This document shows positions 10,520 through 24,614 of a DNA stretch of 64,000 nucleotides, in pieces. The stretch spans positions 6,140,001-6,204,000 of the forward strand of contig CM075994.1 of NCBI GenBank assembly GCA_038087875.1, written 5' to 3'. The translations under genes and the position numbers were made by a program. The stretch is from Malacoraja senta (Eukaryota). Within the stretch, counting starts at the first letter, position 1. The number at the start of each line of letters is the position of its first letter. The notes under the pieces are model-generated. The model was given only the letters and a program-made list of their open reading frames with translations. It was not told where the DNA came from and searched no databases.

Positions 10520-12468
10520 AGTTTCTCTCTCTGCCTCTCCCTCTCTGTCTCTCCACCCTCTCCACCCTCTCCGTCTCTCCACCCTCCCTGTCTCTGCCTC
10601 TCTCTGCCCTCTCTCTGCCCCCTCTCTCTCTGCCCTCCCTCTCTCTCTCTCTCTCTCTGCCCTCTCTCTCTCTCTGCCCCCTCTCTCTATCTGCCCTCTC
10701 TCTCTCTCTCGGCCCTCTCTCTCTCGGCCCTCTCTCTCTCTGCCTCTCTCTCTCTGCCCTCTCTCTCTCGGCCCTCTCTCTCTCTCTGCCCTCTCTCTCT
10801 GCCCTCTCTCTCTCTCTGCCCTCTCTCTCTCTCTGCTCTCTCTCTCTCTCTGCCCTCTCTCTCTATCTGCCCTCTCCGCCCTCTCCCTCTCTCTCTCTGC
10901 CCCCCTCTCTCTCTGTCTCTCTGCCTGCTCTCTCTCCCTCCCTGCCCGCTCTCTCTCTCTGCTGCCTGCTCTGTCTCTCTCTGCCGCTCTGTCTCTCTCT
11001 GCCCGCTCTCTGTCTCTCTCTGCCCGCTCTGTCTCTCTCTGCCGCCCTGTCTCTCTCTGCCCGCTCTCTCTCTCTGCCCGCTCTCTCTCTCTGCCCGCTC
11101 TCTCTCTCTGCCCGCTCTCTCTCTCTCTCTCTCTCTCTCCCTCTGCCCGATCTATCTCTCTGCCCGCTCTCTCTCTCTGCCCGCCCTCTCTCTGCCCACT
11201 CTCTCTCTGCCCGCTCTCTCTGCCCATCTTCCCCTCCCTCTCTCTCCCCTCCCTCTCTACCCTCTCCCCTCCCTTTCTACCCCCTCCCTTTCTACCCCCT
11301 CCCTTTCTACCCCCTCCCTTTCTACCCCCTCCTCACTACCCCTCCCTCTCTACCTCCCATCCAGCTCCACCCCATCTCTCTCTACCACCTCCCTCTCTTC
11401 ACCCTCTCTACCCCCTCCCTCTCTACCCCTCCCTCTCTACCCCCCCCCTCTACCCCCCTCTACCCCCCCCTCTACCCTCCTCTCTACCGCCTCCTTCTCT
11501 ACCCCCTACTTTCTACCCCCTACTTACTACCCCCTCCTCTCTACCCCTCCCTCTCTACCCCCTCCCTCTCCGCCCCCTCCCTCTCTACCCCCACTCTCTA
11601 CCCCCCTCTCTACCCCTCCTCTCTACCCCCTCTCTACCACCCCCCTCTCTACTACCACCATTCCCCTCTCTACTATCCCCCTCTCCATCGCCCCCCCTCC
11701 ACCGCGCCCCCCTCCACCGCCCCACTCTACCACCGCCCCACTCTACCACCGCCCCCTCTACCACCGCCCCCCTCTAGCACCGCCCCCTCTACCACCGCCC
11801 CTCTCCAGCACCCTCCCTCCTCTCCACCACCCCCCTCCACCACCACCCCTGTCCCCGCCCCCCTCTACCGCACCCCCCCCCTCTCCACCACTCCCTCTCT
11901 ACTACCACTTCCCTCTTCCCCTCCCCCTCTTCCCCTCCCCCTCTTCCCCTCCCACTTTCCCCTCCCCCTCTTCCCCCTCCACTTTCCCCTCCCCCTCTTC
12001 CCCCTTCCCCTACCCCTCTTCCCTTCCCCCTCCCCTTCTTCCTCTTCCCCTGCCCCTTTTCCCTCTTCCCCTACCCCCTCTTCCCCTTCCCCTCTTCTGC
12101 CCTTCCCCCTCTTCTGCCCTTCCCCCTCTTCTGCCCTTCCCCTCTTCTGCCTTCCCCCTCTTCTGCCCTTCCCCCTCTTCCCCTTCTCTTCCTCTTCCAC
12201 CTCCCCTCCTCTTCCTCTTCCCCCTCCCCCTCTACCCCCTCATCCTCTTCCCCTTTTCCCCCTCTTCCCCCTTCCCCCCTTCCCACTCTCCCCCCCGTCC
12301 CCCTCCTCCCCTTCTCTTCTTCCTCTTCCTCCCCCTCCCATCATCTCCCACCTCCTCCCCTCCCCCCTCCCCTCTTCCCCGTCCCCCTCTTCCCCGTCCC
12401 CCTCTTCCCCCTCCCCCTCTCTACCCCCCTCCCCTCTTTCTCCCCCCTCCCTCTCTACCCCCTCCTTT
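10520..12468. repeat. ~2-kb polypyrimidine/polypurine compound microsatellite
   Basis: (CT)n-GCCC units grade into CTCTACCCC, CACC and CCCTCTTCC units. Confidence 0.97.
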
Positions 12469-14332
12469 AGCTGTGCCTGCGCAGTTGGGGGCTATGCGTA
12501 AGTGGATAGGGCGGGGGTTGGGGAAAAGGAGCGAATGAATAATATGAATGTAATATCAAGGGGGGGGGGTTAGTGTGTGTGACGCTTCAGGCCACACCCC
12601 GCAACCGTGCCTTGAGGGGACGGCACCCAACGGGTCCCACTGTCGAGGAGCGCTCTAAAACATTCCTGTCCATTTACCTGTCCAATGTGTTGTGGTAATT
12701 ATTTTCCTGAACATGATTTGACCAGTGCTTTTCAATAGATCTTTTTGACTTTGGGTAAGGCCACCACATACATTACCTCTACCTAATTTCTGCTGAAAAC
12801 GGAGGAAACAAAATGCCTGTTTGAACTGCGAAAATCTGCGGGTGAAAGTGGAAGCGCAAGGAACTGCCGATGCTGGTTTACAAAAAAAGCACACCGTGCT
12901 AGAGTAACTCAACGGGTCAGCAGCACCTCTGGAGAACATGGATAGATGACGTTTCGGTCGGGATCTTCAGGCTGCTCTGAAAGTGCTCACAATGTTGCTG
13001 AGACTTTGTTGTTGTTTGTCTGCGGTGTTACACGTATAGCTTAAATTTAATGTCCAATCCTAGATTCTCTGAGTAGGTTGCGGATCTTCTGTTTGATTTT
13101 TCGGGAAGATTTAGGAGTCAACCACGTTGCGTCATCGGAGTCAACCTAGCACACGTTGGGTAAGGACAGTGCTTTTACTTATCACAATGGTAAAATTTGT
13201 TTTGATTGAATGGCAGCAATAGTGATAACGCTATTCCCAGCTACATTAGTTTTGATTTGGGAAATTCCTCGGTTAGGGTGACTGAACTGTTGCAATTAAC
13301 TGGGTTTCATTTTTAGCACATTTTACACACATCTTTCACTCACTGGAGTTTTCTGGGGAAATTAATTTGCTTTCTTAAAAATATCCTTTGCCATATGTTC
13401 AGTTCCCTTCACTCTTCGTATGCTTGCTTTCTGAGTAAATTGGCTGCTAATTGAGGATTATTGTAGGTTCTGCCCTGCCACTGTATGGTTGATGCAGTGT
13501 TGTCTATAAGGTTCCTTGCTGAACGTCCAACCATGGCTTGTCCCTTTGGCTGTCAGTGTCATTTCCAGAATCTTCTCTGTAATAAGTTAAACTTAAATAA
13601 TCAGTTGCCAAAGTGAAATCTAAAGTAGCTCTATTCTAACTACAATCACTGCAGTAATGTGGTTCTGGACATTTATCCCACAGTAAGAAAGCAAATCGAA
13701 ATGTTGTTCCAAGTCAGAGTGGCACATGACTTGGAGATGAATGTGGACATGATGGGTGTTCTTATGCACTAGCTCCCTTGTCCTTCCAGACAGTGACCAC
13801 CAAGATTTGGAAGGTTTTGTGGACGACATCTTTGCAAGTTGCGGCAGTCCATTCTGTATATACTAAACGCTGCAGGCTTGGTGTATGGTGAGTGAAGAGT
13901 TAAGCCACTGAATTGCACACAAGTGAGGCAAACTCTGCTATTCTGGGATGATGCGAGCCACACGAGTTTCTCTCTGCGGACATTCAACAAGTGGAAATTA
14001 TTCCACCACAAAGCTAACCTGCAGCTGGCTTTTGGTGAGGTAAACGATTTCAATATAGTAAAACTCAAAGCCGGAATAACTCTTGTAACTTGACGCCTGC
14101 ATCTCTGGGAAAAGATGCTCGGCTTGCATGAAACATGACCTGGCAGAAAAATAGCCTTCTCTCCCCTCTTAGAAGTCTAAACATAGGATAAAATAAAATC
14201 AAAAGGTATCTCCACATTAAATAATCACAGTGTAGGACCTTTACATTTTAGTAATTGTTTTTTGGGTTTTTGTCAAGAAATCAAGCAACCTTGAATGATG
14301 GAACTGTTGGCCAAACTGATCAATATTAATCA

Positions 14333-14696
14333 CCTAATCCTGGGCCTCCTCCATTGCCAGAGTGAGGTCCAGCACAAATTGGAGGAACAACACCTCATAT
14401 TTCGCTTAGGCAGTTTACACCCAGCGGTATGAACATTGACTTCTCTAATTTTAGATAGTCCTTGCTTTCTCCCTCCTTCCCCTCCCCTTCCCAGCTCTCC
14501 CACAAAGCCTACTGTCTCCGCCTCTTCCTTTCTTTTTCCCGCCCCTCCCCTCCCTCCCCCACGTCAGCCTGAAGCTGAAGAAGGGTCTTGACCCGAAACG
14601 TCGCCTATTCCTTCTCTCCATAGAAACTCACCCGCTGAGTTTCTCCAGCATTTTTTGTCAACCTTTGATTTTTCCAGCATCTGCAGTTCTTTCTTA
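14333..14696 (+). mobile_element. Penelope-like 3' fragment with hammerhead-like motif and 11-bp TSD
   Basis: LGLLHCQSE..KLEEQHLIFRLGSLHPSGMN; ctgaagaagggtcttgacccgaaacgtc at 14575-14602; TSD aatattaatca 14322-14332 / 14697-14707. Confidence 0.88.
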
Positions 14697-15804
14697 AATA
14701 TTAATCATGGCTCATTTTGGATTGTTATCTCTTTCAAGGTTGTCCCTTCACACTAGTCCCATCACGCATAATTGCTTTCTGCTGCTGACTAGCAAGTGGG
14801 GAAATGCATCCTTTTTAGAGTCGTTATTGGTAATTTGATTTTGATTAACAGCTTTATGGGAAGAAAAGCTAATTTTATTCACGGTCACAAGCCTCAGTAA
14901 TTGATTGTGGGCTGGCTTAACTCGGGCGTGGGTCTAAATCCAACAGCTACATCTGGCCCTGTGATACCAGGAACACCCAATTTAGTGATTGATTTGAAGA
15001 ATAGATGCATTTGTATAGGATGATGGAGGAGAACAGCTTGCTTCACCATTTCAAGGAAGTGGAGAGCCTCCAATGGTTACCGTGGAAAAATACTTACCGG
15101 ATCTGTACAATTAATGCTATATTATAAAATCGAACAGTAGAGTGCAGGAACGGGCCCTTCAGACCACAATGGTTGCAATGAGCATAATGCCAAATTAAAT
15201 TGATATCATCAAAAGATACTTTATTGTCACATGTCGCAAGTCACAGTGATATTCCTTGTTTTGCATACCCAAGGTATTCAAAGAGTCGCCACATAAAGGA
15301 CGCTGGCAAAATTCAGAAATATACTCCATTTTAACACAAAACATTTTAACACAATCCATTTGTGGTCCCCCATGGATCTCGATGGTCTCCAATGCCGGGT
15401 CTTCCTTGTTCTCCCTCGGGGCAGTTCCTCCATGCTGGGTCCTTCTTTGTTATAACAACGTTATACATTATCAATGTATCAATTGTTAATTCAACATCAT
15501 CCTACAGCAGTTGATGGTTTTTTCCCCACTAAGAAGGTTATAAATTCTAATCTTGGATCTGGAATATCAAGGTCAAGACTGGTATGTGGATACATCCTGA
15601 GGCAGTCTTTCGGATGAAATAACTAAAACTCGGGCACCATCTGCTATCTCAATTACAGTTTAAGAATCCAATGGCATTACTTCAAAGAAAAGCTTTTAGT
15701 TGGTCCCATTCTCTTGGTTTCTCCACCATTTGCCATTCAGAATTCTCGCTGAATAGCTTTTGTACTTCAATCCAATGCATAAACTGCAATTTGCCGCTTG
15801 AAAA

Positions 15805-16062
15805 AGGTGGTGCAGAGGTAGATTTGCTACCTTACAGCATCAGAGACCTGGGTTCGATCCTGATTACGGGTGCTTGTATGTATGGAGTTTGTACATTCTC
15901 CCCGTGACCGCATGGGTTTCCTCCGAGATCTTCGGTTTCCTCCCACACTCCATAGACGTACAGGTTTATAGGTTAATTAGCTTGGTATAAATGTAAGTTA
16001 TCGCTGGTCGGTGCGGAATCGATGGGCCAAAGGACCTGTTTCAGCGTTTTCTGAACTAAACT
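15805..16062 (+). mobile_element. tRNA-derived SINE (HE1-like)
   Basis: A-box-like tggtgcagaggtaga, B-box gggttcgatcc, ctaaac tail. Confidence 0.82.
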
Positions 16063-16669
16063 GTCAAACTACTTTTAGCTTGCGTAATCTCTCTGCGAAT
16101 CAATAATGGTTTGGCTCCAAAATATGAAGGTAGAGGCATTGTCCTTTTAGGAAAGTTAATGTGGGTTGGTACTGACTTAAGGGTGTGCAAGAAATTGTTT
16201 AAAAATAAATTGCTGATATGAATGGGGAGGGAAAAGTGACTGAAGCATAAATTTGAGCCATATCTGCAAATATTTAGTTCTAGTGATCTATGTTGGACCT
16301 TTCATTATGCTTGTGCCAAGTACTTTTCTTTCATGAAGACTGGAGCTAACCACATGAAGATTTCATTAGTTTTCAGGTGTTGGAAACCTCGCTCCTCCTA
16401 TGCATACGTGGTGCAGCACATGGTTTAATGAATTAGTCATTTGAAGCCTAACCAGCTCTATGTAGTATGATGGAAATGGCCATAGAAACCGATGAGACTC
16501 CATTGAGTAAACTTTTCCAGCTCTGTGCAAGAGGACGGCATAGTGCGCAGCTAGACAAAAGTGCTGGAGAAACTCAGCGAGTGCAGCAGCATCTAGGGAG
16601 CGAAGCTAACAGAGCGAATGTTTCTTAGCTCCAATGACCTACTTTTCATTCTGACCTTTTGTACTTGGT

Positions 16670-16864
16670 GTAGGAAGGAACTGCAGATGCTGGTTTAACC
16701 CGCAGGTCGTCGCAAAAAGCTGGATTAACTTAGCGTGTCAGGCAGCATCTCCGGAGACAAGGAATAGGTGATGTTTCGGGTTGAGACATTTCTTCAGACT
16801 GACTCAACCTGAAACGTCACCTATTCCTTTTCTGTCCGCTGAGTTACTCCGCCTTTTTGTGTCT
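16670..16864. mobile_element. Fold-back element made of two inverted Penelope terminal modules, 16-bp TSD
   Basis: Antisense then sense copies of the gaaacgtcacctattcc module; TSD accttttgtacttggt 16654-16669 / accttttgtatttggt 16865-16880. Confidence 0.75.
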
Positions 16865-17459
16865 ACCTTTTGTATTTGGTTTTGTTTCAGCGCTCCTGTT
16901 TCTTTACCCCCCTCCCCCACCTGACTCCCATTTCACTGAAATGTGTGAGTCTGTAGGTTAATTGTCTACTCTAAATTACTGTAGAGTTTGAAGAATAGGA
17001 GGTGCGGAATAAAGTGGGGTTAATGTAGAATTTATTTAAAGTGCGGATTCTGAGTTAAAGGACGTAACTGTGCTGAATAACTCTATGAACAAGTCTTGGA
17101 GAAAAACCTGAATGCTAGTAACCTATTCTGCGTTACCTGCTCTCTACCTCCTGATTCCTGTCTAGGGTGATTTTAGTTGTTCTCTCTTCTATCATTAGCT
17201 AATTTTACTTGTATTCGATCCCACGAATTGCTAATGTTATGAACTAAACCGAAACACTTTTCATGAAGATAATAATTCATTCCTTGGTGCAGATTGAGTA
17301 TAAATGAATTGGGGGTAGGTGAGTGGGGGGCGGAGGAGAGGGGGGTGGGCAGAGGAGAGAGGGGAGTTGTGGAGGTGAAATGGGAGGGGGTTGTTAAAGA
17401 TTCCATAAAATTGGAGAGTTCAGTGTTCATACCAAACCACTTGACATGCATTGTCACTA

Positions 17460-17765
17460 TTAGTTTAGTTCAGTTTAGAAATGCAACGCAGAAACAGGCC
17501 CTTCGGCCCACTCAGTCCGCATCGATCAGCGATCTCCGCACATTAACACTCTCCTACACACACAAGGGACAATGTACACTTATTCCAAGCCAATTAACCT
17601 GCAAACCTGTACGTTTTTGTAGAATGGGAGGAAACCAAAGAACGCGGAGAAAACCCACGCGAACACGGGGAGAACGTACAAAGTCTGTACAGGCGCCACC
17701 CGTAGTCGGGATGGAACCCGGGTCTTCGGTGCTGTCAGGCACACTCTACCACTGTGCCACCGTGC
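17460..17765 (-). mobile_element. tRNA-derived SINE (HE1-like)
   Basis: Antisense copy of the SINE with a ttagt tail at the left end. Confidence 0.82.
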
Positions 17766-18651
17766 TTGATATGCATTATTGTCGCACGAGGTATGGGTTT
17801 GATGCTTTTTTCATTCTCTCTCAGGACATGGGTTTCACTGGCAAAGCAGCATTTAAAGGCCTTCTCTCATTGTTCTTGAGGAGATGGAGGTGGACATCTG
17901 CCTAGAGTTGCTGTGGTCCTTGTGATGAAGATTCCTCCCATATGCTGTTAGGTAAGGAATTACAGGGTTTAGACCATGTGATAGTCAAAGAATGTCAATG
18001 CATTACCATGTTTAGGTGAAGTTGGACGGAGGAGGTGGGATTCTCTTGCTTTGCTTGGGTGGTGGATGTTACTTTATATGTTGCAGTACATTTTGCAGAT
18101 GACGCATGCTCTTTTCCACTTTTTCCATCATATGCCAGAGGAGGTGGTTGAGGCTGGGACTATCCCAACATTTAAGAAACAGTTAGACAGGTACACGGAT
18201 AGGACAGGTTTGGAAGGATATGGACCAAACGTGGGCTGGCGGGACTAGTGTAAGAGGGGACATGTTGGCCAGTGTGGGCAAGTTGGACCGAAGGGCCTGT
18301 TTCCACACTGTGTCACTCTATGACTATCCAAGATGGCAGGGCCCAATTCATCCAACCATCTTGGTGTCCCATAACACTGCTTTTTCTCATCTGACATTAA
18401 ATATAGCCTGTGTAATATGTGAGTCATTATAGTACTTGCTGTAATTTGCTATTTAAATCATGGTAGAAAAATAGTTTTCTTTCAAAACTAATTTCAATTT
18501 GAAATGTTGGCTCATTTACTCACTTGATCCTTTGCAGTTGAAAATTTGGGTTTTGTCCAGTTTACTAATATAGTTGCTTTGCTAGCTTTAAACATTGCAC
18601 CTGAAATTAGGTTTTGAAGCTTCAGCTGGTCGTTCGGGGCAAGGTCTTGCA

Positions 18652-20631
18652 CGGCAGCATGGAGTAAATGAGGTGCTTGAGGAGTATAAAGAATGTAAAA
18701 GAATATTAAGAAAGAAATTAGAAAAGCTAAAAGAAGATATGAGGTTGCTTTGGCAAGTAAGGTGAAAGTAAATCCAAAGGGTTTCTACAGCTATATTAAT
18801 AGCAAAAGGATAACAAGGAATAAAATCGGTCCATTAGAGAGTCAGAGTGGACAGCTATCTGCAGAGCCAAAAGAGATGGGGGAGATATTGAACAATTTCT
18901 TTTCTTCGGTATTCACGAAGGAGAAGGATATGGAAATATGTGAGGTAAGGGAAACGAGCAGAGTAGCAATGGAAACTGTGAGATTCAAAGAAGAGGAGGT
19001 GCGGACACTTTTGAAAAATATGAAAACGGATAAGTCTCCAGGTCCTGACAGGATATTCCCTAGGACATTGAGGGAAGTTAGTGTAGAAATAGCAGGGGCT
19101 ATGACAGAAATATTTCAAATGTCATTAGAAACGGGAATAGTGCCGGAGGATTGGCGTACTGCGCATGTTGTTCCGTTGTTTAAAAAGGGTTCGAAGAGTA
19201 AACCTAGCAATTATAGACCTGTTAGTTTGACGTCAGTGGTGGGCAAATAATGGAAAGGATACTTAAAGATAATATATATAAGCATCTGGATAAGCAGGGT
19301 CTGATTAGGAACAGTCAACATGGATTTGTGCCTGGAAGGTCATGCTTGACTAATCTTCTTGAATTTTTCGAAGAGGTTACTAGGGAAATTGATGAGGGTA
19401 AAGCAGTGGATGTTGTCTATATGGACTTCAGTAAGGCCTTTGACAAGGTTCCTCATGGAAGGTTGGTTAAGAAGATTCAATTGTTGGGTATTAATGGTGG
19501 AGTAGCAAGATGGATTCAACAGTGGCTGAATGGGAGATGCCAGAGAGTAATGGTGGATGGCTGTTTGTCAGGTTGGAGGCCGGTGACTAGTGGGGTGCCT
19601 CAGGGGTCTGTGTTGGGTCCACTGTTGTTTGTCATGTACATCAATGATCTGGATGAAGGTGTGGAAAATTGGATTAGTAAGTATGCAGATGATACTAAGA
19701 TAGGTGGTGTTGTGGATAAGTAGATTTTCAAAGTATACAGAGAGATTTAGGCTATTTGGAAGAGTGGGCTGAAAGATGGCAGATGGAGTTTAATGCTGAC
19801 AAATGTGAGGTGCTACATCTCGGCAGGACAAATCAAAATAGGACGTACACGGTAAATGGTAGCGAATTGAGGAATGCAGTTGAACAGAGGGATCTAGGAA
19901 TAACTGTGCATAGTTCCCTGAAGGTGGAATCTCATGTAGATAGGGTGGTAAAGAAAGCTTTTGGTGTGCTGGCCTTTATAAATCAGAGCATTGAATATAG
20001 AAGTTGGGATGTAATGTTAAAATTGTACAAGGCATTGGTGAGGCCAATTCTGGAGTATGGAGTACAATTTGGTCGCCTAATTATAGGAAGGATGTCAACA
20101 AAATAGAGAGAGTACAGAGGAGATTTACTAGAATGTTGCCTGGGTTTCAGCAACTAAGTTACAGAGAAAGGTTGAACAAGTTGGGTCTTTATTCTTTGGA
20201 GCGCAGAAGGTTAAGAGGGGACTTGATAGAGGTCTTTAAAATTATGAGCGGGTTAGACAGAGTGGACGTGGATAAGCTTTTCCCATTGAGAGTAGGGAAG
20301 ATTCAAACAAGGGGACATGACTTGAGAATTAAGGGACAGAAGTTTAGGGGGAACTTCTTTACTCAGAGAGTGGTAGCTGTGTGGAATGAGCTTCCAGTGG
20401 AAGTGGTGGAGGCAGGTTCGATGTTATCCTTTAAAAATAGATTGGATGGGTATATGGACGGGAAAGGAATGGAGGGTTATGGTCTGAGTGCAGGTAGATG
20501 GGACTAGGGGGGAGTATTTATTTTAATTTAAAAAAATTTGAAACATTTTAAAAAATGTTCGGCACGGACTTGAAGGGCCGAGATGGCCTGTTTCCGTGCT
20601 GTTATGGTTATATGGTTATATGGTTATATGG
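18652..20631 (+). mobile_element. CR1 (HER1-like) LINE, 5'-truncated, ORF2 RT broken by frameshifts
   Basis: [41 protein letters not shown] and YADD motifs spread over four ORF pieces; (ttatatgg)n tail ends at 20631. Confidence 0.96.
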
Positions 20632-20799
20632 CAGCTGAGTGTACTTGGTTTGATAATAACGTTGACAGCACAACTGAAAGGCAAATCTAGTCAAATGAAC
20701 GTGGCTAACTGAATTATCGCATTTGCTTGGCAGCTGGAAGCAGTAAACAGCAGATGTTGAAAATCAAACAAAAAACAGATAATGCTGGCAGTATTCTAG

Positions 20800-21030
20800 A
20801 ACAGGGTTTGACCTGACCACGGTTGCGGTCTGTATGCTGTTTGTATGTTCTCCATGTGACGCATAGGTTTTCTCTGGGTGCTCCGGTTTCTCCCATATTC
20901 CAAATACGTGCAGGATTGTAGGTTAATTGGCTTCTTTAAATTGCCCCTTGTGTGTAGGACATAGAACTAGCGCAAGGGCGATCGATGCGCTCATTGGGCC
21001 GAAGAACCTGTTTCCATGATGTATCTCTAA
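20800..21030 (+). mobile_element. Decayed HE1-like SINE
   Basis: Central ttgtaggttaattggctt and tail cctgtttccatgatgtatctctaaac. Confidence 0.7.
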
Positions 21031-22608
21031 ACAAAAATAAACTATTCAGCTGGTCAGGCAGCATCGGTGGGGACAGATGGCGCTGAGAACAATGCTGCAC
21101 AGTGCCCTTCACAGAGAACAATGCCCTTCAGCCCACAGTGTCCATGTCTAACATGATGCCAAGTTAACCTAATCTCCATTGCCTGCACTTGGTTCATATT
21201 CATGAATTCCCTACATATCGATGTGCCTATCCAAAAGCCTCAATGCCACAATTGTATCTGCCTACACCACCACCCCTGGCAGCGCATTCCAGGCACTCGC
21301 CACCCTCTGTGTATATTTAAAAACGATTGGCTTGCACATCTACTTTAAACTTTACCCCTCTCACCTTAAAACAATGCCCTCTAGTCTTTGACATTTTCAC
21401 CGAGTGTAAAAAGCTGTCAACCCTATCTATGCCTCTCGACTGGAAAAGTGAGAAAGCCAGACGTCATGGTTTAAATGCAGATTGGGAGAGGTGGATTGGT
21501 AATTGGTTTATTATTGTCAAATATATTATCAAATATAGCGAGGAAAAATGTTTGTTTTGCGTGCTTTTTAAGCAATTCATACTGTTCATGAGTACCTCAG
21601 GTAGTCCAGAAGAGTAATTAAACAGTTAAGAATACAGTGTTATTTGATACTTAGTCAACTTGAAACTCAAATCGGATCAAAGTCGGAGGGGAAGCCTCAG
21701 AGAACAAAGCAGGTTCGTCAGGACTATAGTGAGTACTTTGTCGACACCAGATACATGGCGACTCTTTGCGTACTTTGTGCATTGTATGCAAAAATGAAGA
21801 ATTTCACTTTACCTCGGTACCTGACAATAAACTATCATTGAATTGTTGCAAGGTTTTAATGTTGATGTTAGAGCAACATAGAATGAACTTGTTTAAATCA
21901 GAGCCATATTTTTCCGAGTCCAGAGGAGTTTCATGGACGCAGCAAACAGTTGCCTTTAATTACACCTAACCTGGTGTGTTTCAATTGTAAAAAGGCATTG
22001 AACGTGCAATATGCCTGATGTGGAAGTCGTTTGTGGAATATCTTACGTGCATCAATTGCTGCCAACTCTATTTTGGTGCGTCTGAACACATCTACTGTCC
22101 TTAACTCAATGAAGATCATACGGCATAGGAGTAGAATTAGGCCATTTCGCCCATCTGCTTCTCCATTTGATCATACCGATCTAGTTTTCCCCCCTCAACG
22201 CCATTCTCCTGCCTTCTCTCTGTAACCTTTAACGCCTTTGCTAATCAAGAACCTATCAATCTCCGCTTTAAAAATACCAATGATGGCCGCTGTCTATGGC
22301 AACAAATTCCTCCGATCCACTAAAATTGCACCTCATCTCCATTCTAAAGATACACCATTTTATTCTGAGGCTGTGCTGTCTGGTCCGAGACTCCTACTAC
22401 TGGATACATCCACTCTATCTAGACCTTTGTATCCTGATGTTTGTAGACCTGCCTGGTTATCAGCTTGGTGAAGGCAGAGAAAACGGACAAAGGGATATGT
22501 AAAGCTGTGAAATGTGGGGTCAGTGGCCTTGTCACAACCTGACAAAGCTACTTGGGTTCAGAACCCAAGATGGTGCCCAAGCCAGGCGACACTCTGCATG
22601 CTGGTCTT

Positions 22609-22981
22609 GGGACAAAGACCCATCATTTATTTATTTGCCTCTGCACTCCACAATTTGAGATTTGTAATAGAAAAAAAACACATGTCGCAGACTTCAAGTA
22701 GTCATTGCATGCAAAGGATATGCAACAAAATACTAAACATGACTCCTTTCATTTGTGTCTCCCAAACATTATGGTGCCCTGAAATGGGGGGTATATGTAT
22801 AAACACTGCTGTAATTTCTACATGGTGAAACCAAAATGTATAAAAATGGCCATCATTAAAATCTCACAACGTGTACTTTAACTACATGTCATTTTTTTCT
22901 ATTACAAATCTCAAATTGTGGAGTACAAAGGTAAATAAATAAATTATGGGCCTTTGTTCCAAATATTATGGAGGGCACTGT
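22609..22981. mobile_element. Tc1/mariner-type MITE with long inverted repeats; left tip lost
   Basis: Right end ...tattatggagggcactg|ta (CAGTG terminus with TA target). 22609-22685 is the inverse of ~22885-22960. Confidence 0.8.
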
Positions 22982-23029
22982 ATGTACCTGCACTCCTTAG
23001 TTTTTCTGTTCCAAACATTGCCCAGCAGC

Positions 23030-23445
23030 CTACCATTTCCAGCGAAAGTCCTGCCCTAATTTGACCTACCAAAATACAACGGCTCTCAATTACTCCCTCT
23101 GTCATTCCGTGGCCCATTGATCGAATTGATCAAGATCCTATTGTAATCTTAAATCTTTGGCACTGAACCCTTTCACACCACTTGAATTTGCATCCAAATC
23201 ATTAAGATAAATAAAAAACAATAGCAGACCTAGCACACCACTTACAGTTGTCCAGCCTACAAAACAACCCACCACTAACACCTTCTTGTCTTCCACCTTC
23301 AACCCAATTTACTGTCCAGTTGACGTGCTTGCCATTGATCCTACATGATCTCTTCTTCCAGACAAACCTACGATGTGGTACGTTGTCAAAGGCTCTGCTA
23401 ATGTCCACATAGACACTGCCCTCTTCACTGTTCACCTCTTTAAAA
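23030..23445 (-). mobile_element. Old CR1 RT fragment
   Basis: VYVDISRAFDNVPH..LVNWTVNW-like translation. Confidence 0.7.
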
Positions 23446-24614
23446 ACTCAGAACAAGTTCCGGAGATATAATTTCCAATGCGTAAAGAACGTTCTGTATT
23501 TTCCCCAAAACATGATACATTTGAACCTATATTTTGACACAGCTGTACCATTTATTTGGAACACATGAGCAGAAATTTCACAATGCAAGAACACATTAAG
23601 TCGAGAGAAGAGGGGTGATGCAGGAGCACTGATAGAGCCTCTTTACAGAGATGCAACCATTTGCTTTCGTCAGACCACTGGTAGTGGTGTGGAGAAATTA
23701 GACACTCGTGAAAAAGTTTATTGGTAGAAGAGGGGATTGGAAATGCCATTGTTGTGGATAGAAAGGGACTGAACAAGGGTGATATAATTGTCAAAGCAAA
23801 GATATGTTCAAATTGAAAACACGGATATACACACGGATGATTAAAGCAGCAGCTTTGCTAGATTAGGAATCTTTGACATTCAAGAAAACTGACACAAAAT
23901 ACTGGAGTAACTCATTGGGTCAGGCAGCATCCCTTGGGAACATGGATAGATGATGTTTCAGGTCAGTACCCTTAACATTGATTCTGAAAACTGAATTTAC
24001 ATCATATGAATTGACTTAATTCATATCTTAAGTCAATGTAAATTTTATCTTTGTGACGACAAAATTATCAATACAGGTTATCAGATTTTTCTACATCCTG
24101 AAGATGGCTACAATCCTAAAGATATTATTAAAAAATAATTATTATTTTTATGGAGCAGCAGGAAGCAATTAGACAAACATTGCAAAGGAATTGATTGAAT
24201 TAGGTTGTGAACAGTGCATGTCGGAACAAAATACAATTGAGTCGGTTCCAAGCCCCAGGCAGACTGATTCCACAGGATTTGCAATGAGACCTGTATTTGG
24301 CATGAAAAAAACTTCTTCATAACAACATCTCTCTTCCATTGTTCCAGTGCGTTTTTGATGTGCGATGTGGAATAAACTTAAACCTGTGAGCCATGTTAAC
24401 CGTCTGACGGTACTTTCAGAGATCAGTATTATTTTTGTCTTCAATTTTCATGTTTAGACTCGCTTCTCTGCTGCACTGGTTTGTTGCCATTCAGCTGTGG
24501 ACTGTTCTTGCATTCCATATGCCAACTTCTGTCGGTTAGACAGTTAGAATCTTTTTTCCTGCATGGAAATGTCCAACACTAGAGGGCAGAAGGTGGGAGG
24601 AGGAAAGAAAATTA

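Larger units (their letters stand above)
9234..12641. mobile_element. Putative non-autonomous inverted-repeat DNA element carrying ALG13 exon 1 (spans the assembly gap)
   Basis: agtaggacccgttgggt (9234-9250) is the inverse of acccaacgggtcccact (12625-12641), 16/17. A second inverted pair is catagccccgaactgcgcagg (9348-9368) / cctgcgcagttgggggctatg (12476-12496). No TSD recognised. Confidence 0.55.

Noticed and set aside
10316..12538. Long ORFs of 303-716 aa rich in L/S/P or R/E/G
   Set aside because: Artefacts of the CT microsatellite, which lacks stop codons in several frames.
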